Origin: Patescibacteria group bacterium
GTDB lineage: Bacteria; Patescibacteriota; Minisyncoccia; Phycocordibacterales; JACOZG01
Reading direction: 5' to 3'
DNA: 64,000 nucleotides
Assembly: GCA_038065495.1 (NCBI GenBank)
Contig: JBBTQW010000002.1
Span: 362,641-426,640 of the forward strand
Shown: positions 45,055 through 52,018 of the stretch, piece after piece
Layout: each line of letters opens with the position of its first letter
Position numbering within the stretch: position 1 is the stretch's first letter
Notes under the pieces: model-generated
The model's input: the letters and a program-made list of their open reading frames with translations, nothing else
Told to the model about the DNA's origin: nothing
Databases searched by the model: none
Translations under genes and position numbers: made by a program

Positions 45055-45543
45055 TCACAGCCGTTCCCACACCGTAAAGCGCAGGGCGTAGCGATTTTCT
45101 GAATTGGTTGATTGGAGTTTTTCTTCACGCAAGAGCCATTGGTGCCACAAGATTTCCGGAAAATAAGTGTCGCCAGTAAAGCTCGCGCCGATCTGGGTGA
45201 GATAAAGCTCGCTGGCGTGAGGCAAGAATTGTTGATAAATACTGGCGCCGCCAATCACGAAAATCTTTTCTTCTGGTCTAGCGAGAATTTGCTCGAGATT
45301 ATTGATAATCTCACAATCTGGGTGAGAGAAGTCTGGATCACGCGTGAGAATAATATTTGCTCTCATTGGTAACGGCCGCGCGCCGATAGATTCGAAAGTT
45401 TTCCGGCCCATCACAATTGGCGAGCCAAGTGTTGTGCGCCGGAAGTGCTGCATATCAGCCTTAATTCTAGGCCAGGGCAGGCCATTGCCTCGGCCGATCA
45501 AGCCATTCTCGTCCAGCGCTGTGATAATCGCGATTTTACTCAT
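45055..45543 (-). CDS. folA: Dihydrofolate reductase
   Basis: MSKIAIITALDENGLIGRGNGLPWPRIKADMQHFRRTTLGSPIVMGRKTFESIG. Confidence 0.85.
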   Translation of the reverse strand: MSKIAIITALDENGLIGRGNGLPWPRIKADMQHFRRTTLGSPIVMGRKTFESIGARPLPMRANIILTRDPDFSHPDCEIINNLEQILARPEEKIFVIGGASIYQQFLPHASELYLTQIGASFTGDTYFPEILWHQWLLREEKLQSTNSENRYALRFTVWERL

Positions 45544-45553
45544 GATTTTTAAA

Positions 45554-46381
45554 TTAAACCGCCATCGGTGCAGAGATCGCCGGATGATGCTGGTAATCTA
45601 CTAATTCTATATCTTCCATTTTAAAATCAAACAGATTTTTCACTTCTTGATTTAATTTTAATTTTGGCAGAGGGAGTGGCTCGCGCTTTAATTGCTCGTT
45701 CACAGCGTCGAAGTGATTGTGATAAATATGCGCATCGCCAAGCGTGATGATTAATTCGTGAGCGGATAAATCTGTAACTTGCGCCAGCATTTTTAATAAT
45801 AAAGCATAAGAAGCAATATTAAACGGCACGCCGAGGAACATGTCGCAAGAGCGCTGGAACATGTGGAGCGAGAGCCGACCTTTGGCCACAAAACATTGGA
45901 ACATCATATGGCAAGGCGGGAGCGCCATCTGCTCCAGTTCGCCTGGGTTCCAGGCGCTTACAATCAAGCGCCTATCACTCGGATCTTTCTTAATTCTCGC
46001 GACTAAATCTGCCAACTGATCTAGTTCAGAACCGTCCGGACGCTTCCAGTGTCGCCACTGCACGCCATAGACTCGCCCAAGATCGCCGGGGAATTTCGCT
46101 TTAGCCTTCCAGTAATCAGCATTCGCATTATCCGTCCAAATTGTTCGCTCTTTTCCCAGAATTTCTTGCAGTCTATTGTCATCGCCCGAGCCTTCGATAA
46201 ACCACAAGAGTTCGCTCACCACACTTTTCCACGCCAGCTTTTTCGTTGTCATCGCCGGGAAGCCTTCGTCTAATTTAAATCTCATTTGAAGAGTAAACAG
46301 CGCGCGCGTGGCGCCATTCCGGCCTTCGCGGTCAATGCCGTTCTTCATAATCTCTTTCAGAGCTTCTTGATACTGGCGCAT
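45554..46381 (-). CDS. thyA: Thymidylate synthase (ThyA)
   Basis: 275 aa. DREGRNGATRALF...PPCHMMFQCFV (catalytic Cys)...DMFLGVPFNIASYALL. Confidence 0.95.
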   Translation of the reverse strand: MRQYQEALKEIMKNGIDREGRNGATRALFTLQMRFKLDEGFPAMTTKKLAWKSVVSELLWFIEGSGDDNRLQEILGKERTIWTDNANADYWKAKAKFPGDLGRVYGVQWRHWKRPDGSELDQLADLVARIKKDPSDRRLIVSAWNPGELEQMALPPCHMMFQCFVAKGRLSLHMFQRSCDMFLGVPFNIASYALLLKMLAQVTDLSAHELIITLGDAHIYHNHFDAVNEQLKREPLPLPKLKLNQEVKNLFDFKMEDIELVDYQHHPAISAPMAV

Positions 46382-46442
46382 GTTAAGAGAATTATAACAG
46401 AATCATAACGTCTCTCTAGTCCAGAGGTATTTTCTTTTCATC

Positions 46443-46472
46443 TTGACAGTTACAGCTTACTCGTGCTAGTTC
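46443..46472 (+). promoter_or_regulatory. Promoter TTGACA-N18-TGcTAGTTC (weak -10)
   Basis: cTTGACAgttacagcttactcgTGCTAGTTC. Confidence 0.3.
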
Positions 46473-46517
46473 TATAAACGGAGAAGGCCTTTAACTTACT
46501 TTCTGAAAGGGAAAATC

Positions 46518-46964
46518 ATGATTGTTTTCGAATGCGACGTGTCGGTGGTCGAAAGCTTTGCCAGAATTCTCGATTCTTGTCATGCTCAAAATATGCCAGA
46601 GTGCGTGGTCAAGTTCGGCCCGACTCCGGCGAGACCGGGCAAGACCAAGAGTGGAGAGAAAGTCATCCCCTTCGTTCTGATTACTGATGACAAAAACAAT
46701 TCGATCACCTTTGGACCAGCTAGAGGGGAGTTTGATGGCGACTCCTACGAACTTGATGTCCGAACTTTTGTGCCTACCATCGAGCTACCTGGCGAACCAG
46801 GAGAAATCGCCAAAGCTTTTTTGGCAGCCGTTGCTCTCGCCACAGAGGGGGATAGCATCCGGATCGAGAAGGATGATCGGGTACTCAAGTTCTGGGTTTT
46901 TCCCGTTCCAACGAAAAAGGTCACGATTGATTCCGGACTGGCGACTCGAGTGACCAGAGAATAG
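46518..46964 (+). CDS. Hypothetical protein (148 aa)
   Basis: RBS GAAAGGGAAAAUC. Followed by GC terminator gccccg...cggggc plus T6 (46988-47020). Confidence 0.4.
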   Translation: MIVFECDVSVVESFARILDSCHAQNMPECVVKFGPTPARPGKTKSGEKVIPFVLITDDKNNSITFGPARGEFDGDSYELDVRTFVPTIELPGEPGEIAKAFLAAVALATEGDSIRIEKDDRVLKFWVFPVPTKKVTIDSGLATRVTRE

Positions 46965-47150
46965 TGGAGTAGTGATTGTCTACCAGTGCCCCGCGCGTTC
47001 TACACGCCGGGGCTTTTTTGTTTGCCCAAAATACCGCTCAACCTAGGCCTGGAACCAGCCCTAAGAATAAGGCCAATTTCACCCTCTTTCCCAAATAAGG
47101 CTAAGAATATAGCTTTTCTGACTTCCAAAAGCTTGATCTTGCAAAAACAC

Positions 47151-47180
47151 TTGACAAGTATATGCCACTTATGCTATACT
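47151..47180 (+). promoter_or_regulatory. Promoter TTGACA-N18-TGcTATACT
   Basis: cTTGACAagtatatgccacttaTGCTATACTtaggg. Confidence 0.55.
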
Positions 47181-47262
47181 TAGGGTTGGTAAGTAGTTCT
47201 TTGACTTGCGGTGTAGCAGTCAAAGGCAAAACGATAAACAAGGCAATTTAAGGAGTTTTGTT

Positions 47263-47490
47263 ATGAAGAAGTCTTTTAGAGCTTTTCCGGTCGGTTCGGC
47301 TCAGTACGTAGTTGCTCATGCTGTTTGGCAGAGGTCGCGTGGTCGAGGCCCTTCTTGCTGTTTTGGCGAGGAACGAGAACCTCGTCAGGCCCTGCGGAGC
47401 GCATTTTCTTCCATCAAGACCAGCATCATGCGGGCTGATGGTAACAGACCTCAGACCACCCACTTACTTGACTTGCTCAAAGCAAGATAA
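47263..47490 (+). CDS. Small hypothetical protein (75 aa: MKKSFRAFPVGSAQYVVAHAVWQRSRGRGPSCCFGEE...)
   Basis: AAGGAG RBS 7 nt upstream. Strong promoter. Terminator cacac-aatcgg-gtgtg plus T-rich tail at 47522-47549. Confidence 0.35.
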   Translation: MKKSFRAFPVGSAQYVVAHAVWQRSRGRGPSCCFGEEREPRQALRSAFSSIKTSIMRADGNRPQTTHLLDLLKAR

Positions 47491-47586
47491 CGCTTACCAG
47501 ATACGCGTCAAACTGGAAGCTCACACAATCGGGTGTGGGCTTTTCTTATGCTCAAAAATCTATGCTAGACTGGCGAAAAGATGAGT

Positions 47587-47660
47587 CCCGTTAGAAGTCA
47601 CAGGAGGCGAAGTCTGGCGGGATATTACAAACAGTAAGTAAATATTTAACTTCTAACGGG
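47587..47660 (+). promoter_or_regulatory. glyA 5' leader hairpin: perfect 12-bp inverted repeat cccgttagaagt / acttctaacggg abutting the glyA ATG
   Basis: Arms 47587-47598 and 47649-47660. 50-nt loop contains AGGAGG. Would occlude the glyA translation initiation region. Confidence 0.35.
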
Positions 47661-48863
47661 ATGAAAGATAAACAGATCGAGAAACTGATAAAACGCGAAC
47701 AAAAACGGCAGAAAAGTGTCACTAATTTGATCGCCTCGGAGAATTATGTCTCGCGTGACGTGCTAGATGCGCTGGGTTCGGAATTGAATAATAAATACGC
47801 CGAGGGTTATTCTAAGTTGAGATATTACGGTGGGAATGAAGTGGTGGATGAAGTAGAGAATCTCTGTAAAGAACGCGCTTTAAAACTTTTTAAATTAAGT
47901 GATAAGAAGTGGAATGTAAATGTGCAGGCTTTGTCTGGATCGCCGGCTAATCTCGCCGTTTATCTCGCGCTCGTGCCCTTCGACTTCGCTCAGGGCAAGC
48001 CGGGGAAAATCATGGGTATGAGCCTGGATCACGGCGGACATCTGACGCACGGGCATAGAGTGTCGGCGACTGGCAAAATCTGGCAACAAATTGCTTATGG
48101 TGTTGATCAGAAAACAGAGCAACTTAATTACGCTGAACTCATGAAAATCGCGAAGCGCGAGAAACCGGATATTATTGTGGCTGGTTATACGGCTTATCCG
48201 AGAAAGATAGATTTTAAAAAGTGGCGCGAAATTTCTGATGAAGTGGGAAGTATTCTGATGGTGGATATGTCGCACACGGCTGGGCTGGTCGCTGGCGGGG
48301 CTTATCCTTCGCCTTTCAAGTTTGCCGATGTGGTCACAACCACGACGCACAAGACTCTGCGCGGACCACGCGCGGCGCTGATTTTCTCTAAAATTGATAA
48401 GCGCGAATTGGGTAAAAAAATCGACAAAGCGGTTTTCCCCGGTTTGCAAGGCGGACCGCATGCGAATCAGATTGCTGGTGTGGCCGTGGCTCTGCAAGAA
48501 GCAATGAAGCCGGAGTTTAAGAAGTATGCCAAGCAAGTGGTGGCCAATGCGAAAATTCTCGCACAAGAGCTGAAAAAGCTTGGCTGGAGAATAGTTTCTG
48601 GTGGCACAGACTCGCATTTGATTCTCGTAGACACTTGGCTGGGTGGGGCTGGCGTGAGTGGGAAGGTGGCGAGTGATGCGCTGGAGAAAGCCGGAATTAT
48701 TGTGAACAAGAACACAATCCCAAATGACACGCGCAGTCCAATTGATCCATCGGGGATTAGACTGGGCACGGCGGCGGAGACGACGCGCGGGGCAGGAGCC
48801 AAAGAGATGAAGCAAATTGCCCAGAAAATTGCTAAGATACTGACTAAAGCAAAACATGGCTAA
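47661..48863 (+). CDS. glyA: Serine hydroxymethyltransferase
   Basis: 400 aa. SGSPANLAVYLAL...HGGHLTHGH...TTTHKTLRGPR (PLP-Lys). Contains the in-frame FDFAQGKP repeat insertion. Confidence 0.95.
   Translation: MKDKQIEKLIKREQKRQKSVTNLIASENYVSRDVLDALGSELNNKYAEGYSKLRYYGGNEVVDEVENLCKERALKLFKLSDKKWNVNVQALSGSPANLAVYLALVPFDFAQGKPGKIMGMSLDHGGHLTHGHRVSATGKIWQQIAYGVDQKTEQLNYAELMKIAKREKPDIIVAGYTAYPRKIDFKKWREISDEVGSILMVDMSHTAGLVAGGAYPSPFKFADVVTTTTHKTLRGPRAALIFSKIDKRELGKKIDKAVFPGLQGGPHANQIAGVAVALQEAMKPEFKKYAKQVVANAKILAQELKKLGWRIVSGGTDSHLILVDTWLGGAGVSGKVASDALEKAGIIVNKNTIPNDTRSPIDPSGIRLGTAAETTRGAGAKEMKQIAQKIAKILTKAKHG
47975..48003 (+). repeat. 29-nt in-frame intragenic repeat copy 1 (in glyA): gcccttcgacttcgctcagggcaagccgg
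   Basis: 27 of 29 identical to the copy at 62310-62338. Encodes PFDFAQGKP. Confidence 0.7.
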
Positions 48864-49560
48864 AAATCAGAAAACTGGCAAGTTTATTGTGATCGACGGC
48901 ATTGACGGCTCGGGCAAAGGAACGCAGACCACCTTGCTGGTGAAGAAATTAAAGAAACTGGGCGTGCCCGTGAAGACGATTGATTTTCCCCAGTATTACA
49001 AAAACTTTTTTGGTGAACTCTTGGGTGAATACTTGGCCGGGGAATATGGCGATTTTACGCAAGTGGATCCTAGAGTTGCTTCTGTTTTATACGCGGCAGA
49101 CAGATTTGAATCTAGTCAGCAGATCAAGAGCTGGCTGGACGCTGGCTACAACGTGGTCGCCGATCGTTATGTGAGCGCCAACCAGATTCATCAAGGTGGG
49201 AAAATCGCTGACTCAAAAGAGCGGAAAGAGTTTATGGCTTGGCTCGCCAAGATGGAGTATCAGATTTTCCAGATTCCCAAGCCGAGTCTGGTGATTTATC
49301 TGGACGTGCCGTTTGAGGTGAGCAAAGAATGGCTGAAGCAGAAGATTGCTAAAATAAAGAAGAAATATCTCAAAGGTCGGCAGGATGTGGCGGAAGAGAA
49401 CTTAACTTACCTCAAGAATTCCCGCCAGAGCGCGCTGATGCTGGTGGAAGAGAATAAAAATTGGCGCAAGATTGAGTGTTGCCAGGGGATGACTTGTCTG
49501 CCGGTAGAGGCGGTGCATGAGCGCGTCTTTGCCATTGCGCAAGAGCATTTAAATAAATAA
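48856..49560 (+). CDS. tmk: Thymidylate kinase
   Basis: KFIVIDGIDGSGKGTQ P-loop. DRY motif. Overlaps the glyA stop. Confidence 0.9.
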   Translation: MAKNQKTGKFIVIDGIDGSGKGTQTTLLVKKLKKLGVPVKTIDFPQYYKNFFGELLGEYLAGEYGDFTQVDPRVASVLYAADRFESSQQIKSWLDAGYNVVADRYVSANQIHQGGKIADSKERKEFMAWLAKMEYQIFQIPKPSLVIYLDVPFEVSKEWLKQKIAKIKKKYLKGRQDVAEENLTYLKNSRQSALMLVEENKNWRKIECCQGMTCLPVEAVHERVFAIAQEHLNK

Positions 49561-49584
49561 CAGAACACTAATTTATCCTAAATA

Positions 49585-51201
49585 ATGCTTAGCGAAAAGA
49601 TCAAAACTTGGCTGGGTGATGAGCGAGCGCAGGTGATGCCAACGGAAAACTTGGCGAATGGCGATTATGCCAGCAACTTGGCGCTAGTCACCAAGCAAGA
49701 TGCGAGTGTTCTGAAAGCCAGATTAGAACAGAATTTATTGCCAGAGATAGAAAAAATAGAAGTGGCTGGCGGTTTCTTGAACTTTTTTCTTAAACCAGAG
49801 TATTTTGCGCAAAATTTGCAGAATATTACTGAACAGCAAGATAAATTTGGCTGGAATAATAATCTGGAACAGAAAAAAATAATTGTTGAGTATACTGATC
49901 CCAATCCGTTCAAAGAATTCCACATCGGGCACTTGATGAGCAACGCTATCGGCGAGAGCATTTCGCGTTTAATTGAAGCAAATAATGCCGAAGTGAAGCG
50001 CGCTTGTTATCAAGGCGATGTGGGCTTGCACGTGGCGAAAGCTATTTGGGGTTACAAGAAAGGAGGAAAAGGTGGTTTTGAATTTGGCAAAGCTTATGCC
50101 CTTGGTTCTTCTGCTTATGAAAATGAGGAGAAGGCAAAAGAGGAAATCCAGAACATTAACCAAAAGATATACGATCGTTCTGATCCAGAAATAAATGAAA
50201 TTTATGATCTTGGTAGAGGAAAAAGCCTTGAGAACTTTCTTTTGATCTATGAGAAGCTTGATACAGACTTTGATTTCTTTTTCTTTGAGAGCGAAACAGG
50301 GGAGCTGGGCAAGAAAATTGTGGAAGAAAATGTGGGGGGGATTTTTGAAAAGAGCGAGAACGCTGTTGTTTTCCATGCCGAAAAGTTTGACGCTAAATTG
50401 CATACGCGCGTCTACATTACAGCGCAAGGTTTGCCGACTTATGAGGCCAAAGAGCTGGGTTTGCATCTCAAAAAGTCGCAAGTTTTCCCTTTCGACCGCT
50501 CGCTGATTATCACCGCCAACGAGCAGGATGGCGTCTTTCGTGTTGGCTTGGCCGCGCTCCGGCAACTTGATCCGGAATTGGCCGATAAAACTCAACATCT
50601 CTCGCACGGCATGTTGCGCTTGCCGACGGGCAAAATGAGTTCCAGAACTGGCGATGTGATTACGGCCGAAAGTTTGATTGCTGAAGTGAAAGAGAAAGTT
50701 TTAGAGAAAATGCCTGCCCGCGCAGGTGGGGAAGAGAAAGATGAGCAGGTTGCCGAGCAAGTCGCCGTGGGGGCGATCAAGTACGCGATTCTCAAGCAGG
50801 CGCCTGGACGGGATGTGATCTTCGACTTTGCCAAATCACTTTCTTTCGAAGGTGACTCCGGTCCGTATCTTCAATACACTTACGCGCGGGCCAAGTCTGT
50901 TCTAGCCAAAGCAAATTCTGGGTCAGAGAAAGTGAACTTAGAAAATTTAGAGCTTAGTGACACAGTTAGACTGCTAGCCCGTTTCCCAGAGATTGTCGCT
51001 CGTGCGAGTGCGGCTTATGCGCCGCAACTCTTGCTTAATTATCTCATTAATTTGGCGAGCAGTTTCAACAGCTTCTACGCGCAGAACAAAATTATTGGCG
51101 GTCCGGAAGAAAAATCTCGCCTCGCGCTCACCCAAGCCGTAGCACAGGTTATGAAAAATGGCCTGTGGTTGCTGGGTATCCAAGCGCCGGAGAAGATGTG
51201 A
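49585..51201 (+). CDS. argS: Arginyl-tRNA synthetase
   Basis: 538 aa. HIGH motif (HIGHLMSNAIGESISRL). DALR anticodon-binding C-terminus. Confidence 0.9.
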   Translation: MLSEKIKTWLGDERAQVMPTENLANGDYASNLALVTKQDASVLKARLEQNLLPEIEKIEVAGGFLNFFLKPEYFAQNLQNITEQQDKFGWNNNLEQKKIIVEYTDPNPFKEFHIGHLMSNAIGESISRLIEANNAEVKRACYQGDVGLHVAKAIWGYKKGGKGGFEFGKAYALGSSAYENEEKAKEEIQNINQKIYDRSDPEINEIYDLGRGKSLENFLLIYEKLDTDFDFFFFESETGELGKKIVEENVGGIFEKSENAVVFHAEKFDAKLHTRVYITAQGLPTYEAKELGLHLKKSQVFPFDRSLIITANEQDGVFRVGLAALRQLDPELADKTQHLSHGMLRLPTGKMSSRTGDVITAESLIAEVKEKVLEKMPARAGGEEKDEQVAEQVAVGAIKYAILKQAPGRDVIFDFAKSLSFEGDSGPYLQYTYARAKSVLAKANSGSEKVNLENLELSDTVRLLARFPEIVARASAAYAPQLLLNYLINLASSFNSFYAQNKIIGGPEEKSRLALTQAVAQVMKNGLWLLGIQAPEKM

Positions 51202-51207
51202 GCTGAC

Positions 51208-51236
51208 TTGACAGGAGTTATACATTATGCTAGCTT
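51208..51236 (+). promoter_or_regulatory. Promoter TTGACA-N17-TGcTAGCTT
   Basis: cTTGACAggagttatacattaTGCTAGCTTaagg. Confidence 0.45.
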
Positions 51237-51297
51237 AAGGGCGGCGTTTTGTTGAATTTTGATCCTCGTAAATTTTGAAACAGGAAAGGAATTGTGT

Positions 51298-51915
51298 ATG
51301 TCAGTTGAAAAAGTTGTGCCTCCACTGGAGGAATTGGGAACTATTTGCCAGATTCTGTCTGGGATGGGGGTGGAAGATCAAAGACCGTTAGCGACCACCC
51401 TTCGCAAGATCTGTCAGCAAGCAGAAACCTCTCTCCTCTCGTTTGCTCCGCAGGGTTTGGAGTCGTTGATCCATGTTTTTGGGGTTATCCTGGAAGCTGA
51501 TATCCATTTGCCGAATGTCTGGTGTGCCCGGTTACGACTTACACCAGAGAGTTGGCCTAGCTTGGCGATCGTCTCTAAGTTTCAGCTGGTAGATCCGAGA
51601 GAAGCGGTCTGGAAAGCGTTTCCTCGTGACCAGCATCCTATTGTCAACGCCTATCAGGCAAAGGAGTGTATCGTCAACATGTTGGCGAGTCGTGGATTGA
51701 GGTTGGCCACGGAGACCGAAATTACTATGGCACAGACTTTACTGGCAACCAACATTTTTGCCGGGAAAAAGCTTTGCCAGTTGGGTTCTCTCGAGCCAGA
51801 AGCTCAATTCCATGCCCAGATGGATTGGCCTCTTTGTTCAGCTGGGTCGGAGAGGTTCCTGTGGGTTCCTGCAATGCCGGCGGATGTTGAGTCTTGCAAC
51901 GGGCCGCTCAAGTAG
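51298..51915 (+). CDS. Hypothetical protein (about 205 aa), GC-rich
   Basis: RBS AAAGGAAUUG. Followed by terminator gcccc-aagt-ctcga...tcgag-aggc-ggggc plus T7 (51937-51979). Confidence 0.4.
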   Translation: MSVEKVVPPLEELGTICQILSGMGVEDQRPLATTLRKICQQAETSLLSFAPQGLESLIHVFGVILEADIHLPNVWCARLRLTPESWPSLAIVSKFQLVDPREAVWKAFPRDQHPIVNAYQAKECIVNMLASRGLRLATETEITMAQTLLATNIFAGKKLCQLGSLEPEAQFHAQMDWPLCSAGSERFLWVPAMPADVESCNGPLK

Positions 51916-52018
51916 TTCGTTCTCCGCTGGTCCGACAGCCCCAAGTCTCGATTAATTTCGAGAGGCGGGGCTTTTTTTGTGCCAAAAAACGCGAAAAATG
52001 CTAGGATGGTTAAACAAA

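Noticed and set aside
47587-47660. ZTP (pfl) riboswitch upstream of glyA
   Set aside because: Only a partial GUCUGGCGGGA resemblance to the 5' subdomain. No 3' subdomain or pseudoknot partner before the ATG.
47895-48857. 320-aa minus-strand ORF antisense to glyA, and similar long antisense ORFs at 17017-17664 (polA), 49969-50607 (argS), 43337-43873 (nusG), 40163-40642 and 41424-42086
   Set aside because: All lie opposite high-confidence conserved genes and have biased low-complexity composition. Typical shadow ORFs.
51977-52018. Track start of the ileS ORF at 51977 (non-ATG)
   Set aside because: This start lies inside the T-tract of the upstream terminator. The first ATG (52019, MSDPENKK...) gives a normal IleRS N-terminus.
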